Shown here one piece after another: positions 18,760 through 27,141 of a DNA stretch of 32,000 nucleotides (position 1 is the first letter of the stretch; each line of letters starts with the position of its first letter). The stretch is from an uncultured Methanosarcinales archaeon (GTDB taxonomy: Archaea > Nanobdellota > Nanobdellia > Woesearchaeales > JACPBV01), in assembly GCA_964609455.1 (NCBI GenBank), contig CAZSRD010000009.1, forward strand, positions 1-32,000, in the 5' to 3' direction. A program made the position numbers and the translations under genes. Under the pieces are notes generated by a model. The model saw nothing but the letters and a program-made list of their open reading frames with translations, made no database searches and had not been told where the DNA came from.

Positions 18760-19260
18760 ATGAAAACAATAGATGAATTAAAGAATGATAAAGGTGAAAT
18801 TGATAGCAATGCTATTAAACAAATAATACCTTATGAAATACCTTTCTTAATGATAGACAGGGTTCTTAGCTTAGATAAAAATAAAGTGGTTGCTATTAAG
18901 AATACATCTGCCAATGAAGAATTCTTCAAAGGCCATTTTGCAGGATTTCCAATAATGCCTGGAGCTTTAATCATAGAGGGCATGGGGCAAGCTGCTACTT
19001 TATTATTGCGGTATAACCTTGAAAATCACTGGGAGAAGGAAGTTTTAGCTTATAAAATAAAAGAAGCAAAGTTTTTAGCACCAACATTTCCAGGTTACCA
19101 GCTTAAATATGAAATTACTATGCTTGGTAAGGACGAAAGGGGAGCTTTAATGAGCGGAAAGGCTATTGTGGATGATAATGTTGTAGCTGAAGCAACTATG
19201 ATGCTTGCTGTTGTGGATAGAAGGGATTTTAGGTCTAAAGCATCCCCTGTTTATAAGTGA
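18760..19260 (+). CDS. FabZ/FabA-like 3-hydroxyacyl-(ACP/CoA) dehydratase
   Basis: 'IPYEIPFLMIDRVLSLDKNKVVAIKNTSANEEFFKGHFAGFPIMPGALIIEGMGQAATLLL' with catalytic His (GHF) and Glu (IIEGMGQ). ORF track start 18751; the ATG at 18760 is more likely. Confidence 0.92.
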   Translation: MKTIDELKNDKGEIDSNAIKQIIPYEIPFLMIDRVLSLDKNKVVAIKNTSANEEFFKGHFAGFPIMPGALIIEGMGQAATLLLRYNLENHWEKEVLAYKIKEAKFLAPTFPGYQLKYEITMLGKDERGALMSGKAIVDDNVVAEATMMLAVVDRRDFRSKASPVYK

Positions 19261-19266
19261 TTTCTT

Positions 19267-20391
19267 ATGGAAAGATATGTGAAGGGGGTAGGGATGACTA
19301 AGTTTGGGGTAGAGGATAAAACTACACACAGCATGGCTTTTGAAGCTATAAATCTTGCTTTGGATGATTCTAATATGAATATGGGGGATATTGACGCTGT
19401 TGTTGTCAGCACTGTGGATACTAAAATAAATGAGGAGCGGCAGAGGATGTATGGCGTTGTTTTGAGCAGCATGCTGAAAAAACAGATGCCAATAATCAGG
19501 GTGCCTGCTGTTTGCGGTGGAGGAGGAGCTGCTTTTTGGACAGCTTTGAGATTAAAATATAACAATATTCTGGTTTTGGGTGTTGACAAAGTTTTAGCTG
19601 GCCCAACACCAATAATCACAAAGGAAATAATGAATGCAGGTGATAATTTTTGGGAGCAAGAAGAAGGTTTGGTGTTTCCTGCTCAGAATGCTTTGGTTGC
19701 TCAGCAACATATGCTTAAATATGGCACAACACATGATGATTTAGCATTGATTGCATATAAAAATCATCATAATGGCAGCCTAAACCCCAAAGCAAGATTC
19801 TATGGCAAAAAGGTTACTTTAGAGGACATTAAAAAATCACCTATTGTGGCAACACCCTTTAATCTGTATGATTGTAGCATAAGTGTAAATGGGGCTGCTG
19901 CCGTCATTATTTCAAATGAAAAATCAGATATTAAAGTTATAGGATCTGCTTTAGCAACAGATTATTTGGCTCCTTTTGAGAGGAAAGATATGACTGTATG
20001 GAATGGAACAGTGAAAGCAGGAAAAGAAGCATTTAAACAAGCTGGTGTTGAACCAAAAGATATTGATGTAGCTGAGCTTCATGATGCGTTTTCAATTATA
20101 GAGTTAATTGCTTACGAGGATTTGGGATTTTGCAAAAAAGGAGAAGGAAAAGAGCTTATAAGGCAAGGGCATACTACTCTAGATGGGAAAATGCCTGTTA
20201 ACACATCTGGCGGATTGAAGGCAAGGGGGCATCCAATCTCTCCAACAGGAGTTGCTATGATTGTTGAGATTGTAGATCAGTTAAGGAATAGATGCGGGGA
20301 AAGGCAGGTTAAGGATGCTAAATTAGGATTAACACATAATGTTGGTGGAGCAGGAGGAACAACTACTGTTCACATCCTCAGAAAAATATAA
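19267..20391 (+). CDS. Thiolase-superfamily acetyl-CoA C-acyltransferase, archaeal SCP-x-like (paralog 1)
   Basis: Nucleophilic Cys region 'RVPAVCGGGGAAFW', 'AELHDAFSIIELIAYEDLGFC', 'NTSGGLKARGHPISPTG', 'THNVGGAGGTTTVHIL'. Confidence 0.93.
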   Translation: MERYVKGVGMTKFGVEDKTTHSMAFEAINLALDDSNMNMGDIDAVVVSTVDTKINEERQRMYGVVLSSMLKKQMPIIRVPAVCGGGGAAFWTALRLKYNNILVLGVDKVLAGPTPIITKEIMNAGDNFWEQEEGLVFPAQNALVAQQHMLKYGTTHDDLALIAYKNHHNGSLNPKARFYGKKVTLEDIKKSPIVATPFNLYDCSISVNGAAAVIISNEKSDIKVIGSALATDYLAPFERKDMTVWNGTVKAGKEAFKQAGVEPKDIDVAELHDAFSIIELIAYEDLGFCKKGEGKELIRQGHTTLDGKMPVNTSGGLKARGHPISPTGVAMIVEIVDQLRNRCGERQVKDAKLGLTHNVGGAGGTTTVHILRKI

Positions 20392-20411
20392 TCTATATTT
20401 TTCTGGGACAC

Positions 20412-20434
20412 AAAAAATTGCAAAGCAATTTTTT
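20412..20434. repeat. Perfect 10-bp-stem hairpin with U-run between thiolase 1 and the DUF35/DUF362 gene
   Basis: AAAAAATTGC-AAA-GCAATTTTTT. Confidence 0.7.
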
Positions 20435-20470
20435 CGTGTATTTGATAAGATAGCTGCATAAGGTGATTTA

Positions 20471-21601
20471 ATGACAAAAACAATAAGATGGATTTGTGAG
20501 AAATGCGATAAGAAATGGATACATCCAATTGAGAAGTGCTTGTATTGCAGGGGAGAGATTAAAAAGCAGGTAGGAACCAGATTAAAGGTTGTAGGCTATA
20601 CTAAGGTTTATACTCCTTGTCCACCACACCCTATTATCCCTTATAATGTTTTAATCTTAGAGGACGAATATGGCAACAAGATGCCTAAAAAGACAATAAA
20701 GGATTATAATCTTGGTGATGCTTATGAGGATAAGCCAGACGCTTCAGAGAATTCAGTTGCTGTAGTGAAGATAAAGTATGATTTTTATGAAGCTGTTAAG
20801 GGGGCCTTAGAGCTTATAGGGGGTATAGAGGCAGATTCAAACACAAGGGTCTTGATTAAACCTAATATCAGTTTTCCGGGCTATTCTTATATGGGTATTT
20901 GTACTAACCCTAATGTTATTAGTGGGTTAATACAATATTTGTTGGGCAACCGGGTGAAGAAAGAGAATATAACTATAGCAGAGCAAAGCTTTTTTGTTCC
21001 TTTGGAAAAGACAATAGCGAAATCTGGCATAAATAAGGTTATTAAAAGTTTTGGGGTTAAATTTGTGGATATAAGCAAGGCAGAATTTGAAGAGAAGAAA
21101 GAAGGAGAATTTGCTTTTGAAGTGAGTAAGATAGTCAATGATTTTGATTTAATTTTTAATGTGCCTGTTATAAAAACAGATATGCTGCTTGGAATAGACG
21201 GGGCTTTTGAGAATTTAACAAGATTTCTATCTAAGAAAAGTTTTGATGAGTTAGCAAAAGATCCTAAGAAGGCTGTTGCTGCTTTGACACTTTTACCAAA
21301 GGTGTTGCCTAATTTTATTACATTGGGTGATGCTTCTATAGGCATGCAGGGGAATGGGCCTGCTGAATATGGTGAGCCAGGATTTTTTAATTTAATATTT
21401 GCTGCGAGGAACCCTGTTGTTCACGATAAAATCATTCAAGAGGTTTTTTGTTTGAGGAAATTGCCTTATGTTGAGTTAGCAGGCAAATTGGGCATTGGGG
21501 AGCATGATATATCCAAGATAAATGTTATTGGAAATGAACTGGATGCCTTAAGGAGAGATATAAAACAACCGATAGGCTCCAAATTAATAAAAAACCCATA
21601 G
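20471..21601 (+). CDS. Fusion protein: N-terminal DUF35-like zinc-ribbon/OB-fold + C-terminal DUF362-like domain
   Basis: N-terminus 'WICEKCDKKWIHPIEKCLYCRGEI...VGYTKVYTPCPPHPIIPYNVLILEDEYG' matches the DUF35 layout (CxxC...CxxC rubredoxin-like ribbon then OB-fold). Residues ~100-376 'VAVVKIKYDFYEAVKGALELIGG...VLIKPNISFP...DLIFNVPVIKTD...ENLTRFLS...LGDASIGMQGNGPAEYG' match DUF362. Confidence 0.75.
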   Translation: MTKTIRWICEKCDKKWIHPIEKCLYCRGEIKKQVGTRLKVVGYTKVYTPCPPHPIIPYNVLILEDEYGNKMPKKTIKDYNLGDAYEDKPDASENSVAVVKIKYDFYEAVKGALELIGGIEADSNTRVLIKPNISFPGYSYMGICTNPNVISGLIQYLLGNRVKKENITIAEQSFFVPLEKTIAKSGINKVIKSFGVKFVDISKAEFEEKKEGEFAFEVSKIVNDFDLIFNVPVIKTDMLLGIDGAFENLTRFLSKKSFDELAKDPKKAVAALTLLPKVLPNFITLGDASIGMQGNGPAEYGEPGFFNLIFAARNPVVHDKIIQEVFCLRKLPYVELAGKLGIGEHDISKINVIGNELDALRRDIKQPIGSKLIKNP

Positions 21602-21655
21602 GTTTTTTAAGACCTCAAACTTTTTAAAAGTTTTAGCTGATTAAGAAGGATTAAA

Positions 21656-22777
21656 ATGTTTGTAAAAGGAGTTGGCATGACGAAGTTCGGGATTTCTGAT
21701 AAGTTTTCACACCAGTTAGCATATGATGCTTGCCTTGAAGCTTTGGATTGTGCTGATATGAGCTTTAATAAGATAGACGCAATTGTTTGTTCAACCTTAG
21801 AGTGGTTTTTTTCTATAGAAAAACAAAGGCATTTTGCTGGAATGTTGAGCTCTATGTTCAGGACAAACAAGCCTATAATAAGGGTTCCTGCTGGCTGTGC
21901 TGGCGGAGGCCATGCTTTGTGGGTAGCAAATCAATTGGGCTATGATAATGTCCTTGTTGTAGGAGTAGAAAAACTGATGACATGTAAGTCAGAGTCTATT
22001 ACAGACGAATTTATGATGGCGATGGAGTCTAAATGGGAACAGCCAGAAGGGGTAACTGCTCCATCTTCTGCTGCGATAGTGGCAAGAGAGTATCTCAACA
22101 GATTTCCAGATACAACCATGGATGATTTAGCATTGATTGCATATAAAAACCATTCAAATGGATTTTTCAATCCAAAGGCGCGTTTCTATAATAAAAAAGT
22201 TACTTTGGAAGATATTAAGAAATCAAAGATTGCTGCTTCGCCTTTGAGAGTTATGGATTGCAGCATTAGTGTTGACGGGGCTGCCGCTGCTGTGTTGACA
22301 AAGGATAAGTCAGATGTTAAGATAATTGGTTCTAGCCTTTGTACAGACAGATTAGCCCCTTTTGAAAGCAGAGATTTAACAACATGGGAAGCAACATCTG
22401 TTTCTGCAAAAGAGGCTTTTACACAAGCTAAATTAACGCCTAGTGATATTGATTTTGTAGAGATACATGATGCATTCACAATAGTCGAGCTGATGAGTTA
22501 CGAGGATATTGGCTTTGCCAAAAAAGGAGAAGGGGTTAAATTGATAAGGGATGGCGTTGTTAATATTGATGGGAGAATGCCAGTGAATACATCAGGCGGA
22601 TTAAAGTCAAAAGGGCACCCGCCTTCTGCTACTGGGCTTAGCCAGATTTGTGAGATTGTAGAACAAATGAGGGGGGAGGCAGGAGATAGACAAATTAGCA
22701 ATACTAATTTTGCTTTGGCTCATAATGTTGGCGGGGTTGGCGGCACTGTTACCTGCCATATATTGAAGAAAGTTTAA
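21656..22777 (+). CDS. Thiolase-superfamily acetyl-CoA C-acyltransferase, archaeal SCP-x-like (paralog 2)
   Basis: 'RVPAGCAGGGHALW', 'VEIHDAFTIVELMSYEDIGFAKKGEGVKLI', 'NTSGGLKSKGHPPSATG', 'AHNVGGVGGTVTCHIL'; strongly similar to 19267..20391. Confidence 0.93.
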   Translation: MFVKGVGMTKFGISDKFSHQLAYDACLEALDCADMSFNKIDAIVCSTLEWFFSIEKQRHFAGMLSSMFRTNKPIIRVPAGCAGGGHALWVANQLGYDNVLVVGVEKLMTCKSESITDEFMMAMESKWEQPEGVTAPSSAAIVAREYLNRFPDTTMDDLALIAYKNHSNGFFNPKARFYNKKVTLEDIKKSKIAASPLRVMDCSISVDGAAAAVLTKDKSDVKIIGSSLCTDRLAPFESRDLTTWEATSVSAKEAFTQAKLTPSDIDFVEIHDAFTIVELMSYEDIGFAKKGEGVKLIRDGVVNIDGRMPVNTSGGLKSKGHPPSATGLSQICEIVEQMRGEAGDRQISNTNFALAHNVGGVGGTVTCHILKKV

Positions 22778-22830
22778 AATTCGTAACAATAATAAACAAA
22801 TATAAAATACCAATAACAAGGTGATTCAGA

Positions 22831-23571
22831 ATGAGCTTAAAAGGAAAAAATGCTTTAATAACCGGTTCAGCTCGTGGACTAGGAAAAGAAATGGCTTTAG
22901 CTCTTGCTAAAGAAGGCTGCAATATAATAATAAATGATATTGAAGTGATGAAGGAAGAAGCACTTAAAACTGTAGCTGAGATTAAGAATTTTGGGGTTAA
23001 ATCTGAGTTTGTTGCTGCTGATGTTTCTAATTTTGAAAGCTGCAAGAAAATGGCTGAAGATATTAAGAAGAAATTCGGCAAGGTGGATATTTTAGTAAAT
23101 AATGCTGGGATTACTAAAGACAGAACTCTTAAGAAGATGACGCCAGAGGAATGGTATCCTGTGATTAATGTTAACTTGAACAGTTTGTATAATGTTACAC
23201 ATAATGTTTTGGAGATGATTCCAGAGGGTGGCAGGATAATAAATATATCTTCTATTGCCGGAATATCAGGCAATTTCGGGCAGACTAATTATGCTTCGAC
23301 TAAAGCTGGAGTGATTGGATTTACAAAGTCATTAGCTAAGGAGGTTGGCAAGATGAAAATAACAGTAAATGCTGTTGCTCCTGGCTTTATAGAATCAGCT
23401 ATGACTGATAAGATACCGATGGAGATGTTATCGCAGATATTACAGTTGATTCCACTTAGAGAGATTGGCCAGCCATTAGATGTGGCTAATGCTGTTAAGT
23501 TCTTGGCGTCTGACGATGCGAAGTATATATCTGGAACGGTAATTAAGGTGGATGGTGGTATTAGCTTCTAA
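22831..23571 (+). CDS. fabG: 3-oxoacyl-(ACP/CoA) reductase, SDR family
   Basis: 'GKNALITGSARGLGKEMALALAKEG', 'VNNAGITKDRTLKKMTPEEW', 'GRIINISSIAGISGNFGQTNYASTKAGVIGFTKSLAKE' (Ser...YxxxK), 'VNAVAPGFIESAMTD', 'YISGTVIKVDGG'. Confidence 0.96.
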   Translation: MSLKGKNALITGSARGLGKEMALALAKEGCNIIINDIEVMKEEALKTVAEIKNFGVKSEFVAADVSNFESCKKMAEDIKKKFGKVDILVNNAGITKDRTLKKMTPEEWYPVINVNLNSLYNVTHNVLEMIPEGGRIINISSIAGISGNFGQTNYASTKAGVIGFTKSLAKEVGKMKITVNAVAPGFIESAMTDKIPMEMLSQILQLIPLREIGQPLDVANAVKFLASDDAKYISGTVIKVDGGISF

Positions 23572-23606
23572 GAGTTCAGGTATTATAGGCCACGAAAAAC
23601 CATTAA

Positions 23607-23616
23607 ATTTAAATAC
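23607..23616 (+). promoter_or_regulatory. Putative archaeal TATA box for the zinc-binding RGG protein
   Basis: ATTTAAATAC within CCATTAAATTTAAATACTCC, ~85 nt upstream of the ATG at 23698; AT-rich core resembling an archaeal TATA box. Confidence 0.45.
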
Positions 23617-23697
23617 TCCCCTTATTTCTCTAGGCATTAGTATACCGGGAGTACTACTTCTAGTAGGAAATCAGAGTATAACTAACACAAAAGGTGA

Positions 23698-23910
23698 ATG
23701 AGTAAAATGGGATTTGGAGAAGGATTTGGAGATAGAGAGATGCATAAGGCAACTTGTGCAGATTGTGGTAATGAATGTGAGGTTCCTTTTAAACCAACAG
23801 AAGGAAGACCGGTTTATTGCAGGGACTGTTACCAAAAACATAAGAAACCAAGATTTGGCGGTGGCGGAGGAGGCGGTGGCGGAAGAGGCGGAGGAAGACC
23901 TAGATTCTAA
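23698..23910 (+). CDS. Small zinc-binding CxxC/CxxC protein with Gly/Arg-rich (RGG-like) tail
   Basis: 'MSKMGFGEGFGDREMHKATCADCGNECEVPFKPTEGRPVYCRDCYQKHKKPRFGGGGGGGGGRGGGRPRF'; ATG at 23698 preceded by GGTGA Shine-Dalgarno-like sequence. Confidence 0.82.
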   Translation: MSKMGFGEGFGDREMHKATCADCGNECEVPFKPTEGRPVYCRDCYQKHKKPRFGGGGGGGGGRGGGRPRF

Positions 23911-23991
23911 GTTTCCTATTTCTTTTTTATTTTTTTATTTTGAGCAAGATTTATAAAGTAATTCTATACTCTAATTATTGGGGGTTTTATC

Positions 23992-25146
23992 ATGAATTTT
24001 GACTTTACACCAGAACAATTGGCAATAAAGAAGATGATTACACAGTTTGTAGACTCTGAAATAAAGCCATATGCTGCAGATGCTGATCAAAAAGAGATTT
24101 TTCCAGCTGAGCAGATCAAGAAGTTAGCTAGATTGGGGGTTATGGGTATGTCTATACCTAAGAAATATGGTGGAGCAGAGTTAGATAATATTTCTCAGGC
24201 AATAATCATGGAGGAAGTAAGCAGAGGATGCAATGCAACTGCTGTCACAATGGGAGCTCATGCTTCTCTTACATGCCACCCCATTGTTAATTTTGGTACA
24301 GAAGACCAGAAGAAGAGATTCTTGCCAAAATTAGCTTCTGGAGAGTATTTGGGGGCATTTGCACTTACTGAGCCAAATGCAGGCAGCGATGCTGTTAATG
24401 TGCAAACAACTGCTATTAGGGATGGTGACAAGTATATAGTTAATGGCAATAAGATATTCATAACAAATGGTGGAAAGGCTGATTTGATATGCATTGTTAC
24501 AACAACTGATAAAAGCAAGAAGCATAATGGATTAAGCATTTTTGCTTTTGAGCCTAAGAAAACAGAGGGATTTAGTTTAGGAAAAAAAGAGGATAAATTA
24601 GGGTTAAGGGGCTCAAATACACAAGAATTAGTCTTCAGGGACATGAGGCTTCCTAAGGATAATTTAATTGGCGGAGTTGAAGGAGAAGGTTTTAAGATTG
24701 CAATGAGTGTTTTCAATTCTGGAAGAATTGGCATAGGGATGCAAGGTGTGGGAATTGCGCAGGCTGCTTTTGATGAATGTTTGAAATATGTACAAGAAAG
24801 AGAACAGTTTGGAAGAAAGCTGCATAAGTTTCAGGCTTTACAATTTATGCTTGCTGATATGGCAACTAAGATAGAGGCCGCTAGGCTGTTGTGTTACAAG
24901 GCTGCTGATATTAAGGATAAAGGAAAGAGATATGTAAAAGCAGCTGCTATGGCCAAGTTATATGGTTCGGATGTGGCTATGGAAGTTACTAGAGCCGCTA
25001 TACAGATCCATGGTGGTTATGGCTATATGAAAGATTATCCTTTAGAAAGATTTTACAGGGATGCTAAGATTACAGAGATTTATGAAGGAACTTCTGAAAT
25101 TCAAAGATTGGTTATTGCAGCTGAATTATTAGGGAGAGGTTTCTAA
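23992..25146 (+). CDS. Acyl-CoA dehydrogenase
   Basis: '[39 protein letters not shown]', '[24 protein letters not shown]', '[30 protein letters not shown]', '[40 protein letters not shown]'. Confidence 0.97.
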   Translation: MNFDFTPEQLAIKKMITQFVDSEIKPYAADADQKEIFPAEQIKKLARLGVMGMSIPKKYGGAELDNISQAIIMEEVSRGCNATAVTMGAHASLTCHPIVNFGTEDQKKRFLPKLASGEYLGAFALTEPNAGSDAVNVQTTAIRDGDKYIVNGNKIFITNGGKADLICIVTTTDKSKKHNGLSIFAFEPKKTEGFSLGKKEDKLGLRGSNTQELVFRDMRLPKDNLIGGVEGEGFKIAMSVFNSGRIGIGMQGVGIAQAAFDECLKYVQEREQFGRKLHKFQALQFMLADMATKIEAARLLCYKAADIKDKGKRYVKAAAMAKLYGSDVAMEVTRAAIQIHGGYGYMKDYPLERFYRDAKITEIYEGTSEIQRLVIAAELLGRGF

Positions 25147-25147
25147 G

Positions 25148-25942
25148 ATGAACATTATTGTATGCATAAAGCAAGTACCTGATACAAATGAAGTTAAGAT
25201 AGACCAAAAAACAGGAACGTTGATTAGGGAAGGGGTTCCAACTATTATGAATCCTGATGATAAGCATGCTTTAATAGAAGCTATTAAGATAAAGAATAAA
25301 CATAAAGGGAAAGTCACTGTTATATCAATGGGGCCACCACAGGCTGAAGAAGCTTTGCGTGAATCGCTTGCTTTTGGAGCTGATGAAGCAATTTTACTTT
25401 GTGATAGGGCTTTTGCTGGTTCGGATACATGGGCAACTGCAAATGCAATAGGTGCTGCGATAAAACATATTGGCAATTATGACTTATTGTTGTTTGGAAG
25501 GCAGGCAATAGACGGGGATACTGCCCAAGTTGGACCTCAAGTTGCAGAATTTTTAAGCCTTCCACAAATTACCTATGCTCAGAAAATTGAGTTAGGTGAA
25601 GGAAAGGTTAAGGTAGAGAGGCAGATGGAAGAAGGCTACGAAGTTATAGAGGCTGCTCTCCCTTGTTTAATCACATGTGTTTCTGAGATTAATGAAATAG
25701 GATATCCTAGCCTACATGGCATAAAAGAAGCTTATAGAGAGAAAGAAGTTAGGGTATTGAGCGCAGAAGAAATTGAGGTAGACAAATATAAGATAGGATT
25801 ATTGAGTTCTCCTACATCTGTCAAGAAGTCATTTACTCCTCCAGCAAAGGGGCAGGGGCAGATTTTAAAAGGTTCTACCAAAGAAGTTGTCGAGAAGCTT
25901 GTTTCAATATTAAAAGAAAAGGAGATAATAGGTGCTTTTTAA
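25148..25942 (+). CDS. etfB: Electron transfer flavoprotein beta subunit
   Basis: 'MNIIVCIKQVPDTNEVKIDQKTGTLIREGVPTIMNPDDKHALIEAIKIK', 'LLLFGRQAIDGDTAQVGPQVAEFL'. Confidence 0.96.
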   Translation: MNIIVCIKQVPDTNEVKIDQKTGTLIREGVPTIMNPDDKHALIEAIKIKNKHKGKVTVISMGPPQAEEALRESLAFGADEAILLCDRAFAGSDTWATANAIGAAIKHIGNYDLLLFGRQAIDGDTAQVGPQVAEFLSLPQITYAQKIELGEGKVKVERQMEEGYEVIEAALPCLITCVSEINEIGYPSLHGIKEAYREKEVRVLSAEEIEVDKYKIGLLSSPTSVKKSFTPPAKGQGQILKGSTKEVVEKLVSILKEKEIIGAF

Positions 25943-27105
25943 TGGTGAAAGTAAAAGTAGCTATGCAATGCCCGGAAACACAGCTTAATCTAGGCGGGAT
26001 TGTATTAATCAGGGGAAATGATTTTGAAGATGTACCGAATATGCCTGAAGTTCAGCAGGCTATAGATAATGGTTATCTAGAAGTTTTGAAAGAAGAAAAG
26101 AATCTTGAAAAAAAGGAAAAGAAAGAGGGCGAGGAAGTTTTGGTTTTTGCAGAGCAAAGGCATAATAAAATATCAAGGGTAGTTTTTGAATTATTAGGCA
26201 AGGCAAGGGAGTTAGCAGATAAATTAAATGTCAAAACAGCAGCTATTTTATTGACGGATAAGGATTCTGGTTTATCCCAGGATCTGATAAACTATGGAGC
26301 TGATAAGGTTTATTTGGCAGAGTCACCCATATTAAAAAATTATCAAACTGATTTTTATACTAAGGTTGTATCTGAACATATCCGGAAAACAAAACCCCAG
26401 GTTGCCATATATGGGGCAACACATATTGGAAGAGATTTAGCACCAAGAATTGCCCAGAGGATTAATACTGGTTTAACTGCTGATTGTACTGGTTTAGATA
26501 TTACAGAAGACGGATTATTATTACAGACAAGGCCTGCTTTTGGAGGCAATTTAATGGCTCAGATAATATGCAAGAAGCATAGGCCGCAGATGTCAACTGC
26601 AAGACCTGGCGTCTTTAAGATGAGAGAGAAGGATGGAAGCAGGAAAGGAGAGATAGTTAAAATTGCTGCAAATGTCTCTGAGAAAGACAGCAAACTAAAG
26701 GTTTTGGAGATAATAAAAGAAGCTAAGAAAAAAGTTAATCTAGAGGAAGCAAAGATAATTGTTTCAGGCGGAAGAGGATTAGGAGAGAAAAAGAACTTTA
26801 GCTTAGTTGAAGATCTTGCACGATTGTTAAAAGCAGAGGTTGGTGCTTCAAGGGCGGCTGTCGATTCTGGATGGATAGCTAAAGACCACCAGGTTGGACA
26901 GACAGGAAAAACAGTGAGGCCTAAGCTTTATATTGCAATAGGAATTTCTGGAGCTATACAGCATAAGGCTGGAATGCAGAATTCTGATATGGTTATAGCA
27001 ATAAACAAGGATTCCAGCGCGCCTATATTTGAAGTAGCTGATTATGGGATTGTAGGTGATTTGTTTAAGGTTGTTCCTGAGCTTATTAACGAGCTGAAAA
27101 AATAA
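25942..27105 (+). CDS. etfA: Electron transfer flavoprotein alpha subunit with ~65-aa N-terminal extension
   Basis: 'VLVFAEQRHNKISRVVFELLGKARELADKL', 'TGLTADCTGLDITEDGLLLQTRPAFGGNLMAQI', 'GSGRGLG-like GGRGLGEKKNF', 'DSGWIAKDHQVGQTGKTVRPKLYIAIGISGAIQHKAGMQNSDMVIAINKDSSAPIFEVADYGIVGDLF'. TAATG overlap with etfB. Confidence 0.96.
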   Translation: MVKVKVAMQCPETQLNLGGIVLIRGNDFEDVPNMPEVQQAIDNGYLEVLKEEKNLEKKEKKEGEEVLVFAEQRHNKISRVVFELLGKARELADKLNVKTAAILLTDKDSGLSQDLINYGADKVYLAESPILKNYQTDFYTKVVSEHIRKTKPQVAIYGATHIGRDLAPRIAQRINTGLTADCTGLDITEDGLLLQTRPAFGGNLMAQIICKKHRPQMSTARPGVFKMREKDGSRKGEIVKIAANVSEKDSKLKVLEIIKEAKKKVNLEEAKIIVSGGRGLGEKKNFSLVEDLARLLKAEVGASRAAVDSGWIAKDHQVGQTGKTVRPKLYIAIGISGAIQHKAGMQNSDMVIAINKDSSAPIFEVADYGIVGDLFKVVPELINELKK

Positions 27106-27141
27106 TAAGGTTTATAATAAACTAGCTATTTTTCTAGTGTT

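Noticed and set aside
20887-22701. Minus-strand ORFs 20887..21345, 21607..21870, 21940..22170, 22186..22479, 22498..22701
   Set aside because: Mostly antisense to the DUF35/DUF362 and thiolase genes, low-complexity composition and no domain signal.
22749-23273. Minus-strand 174-aa ORF opposite fabG
   Set aside because: Antisense to fabG; its peptide is a reverse-frame artefact of a conserved SDR gene.
23714-23956. 80-aa plus-strand ORF in alternative frame over the zinc-binding RGG protein
   Set aside because: The overlapping frame starting at 23698 has a clean zinc motif and good Shine-Dalgarno; the Glu-rich alternative results from GGA/GGC repeats read out of frame.
24258-25476. Minus-strand ORFs 24258..24734, 24331..24525 and 25129..25476
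   Set aside because: Antisense to acyl-CoA dehydrogenase and etfB; no independent coding evidence.
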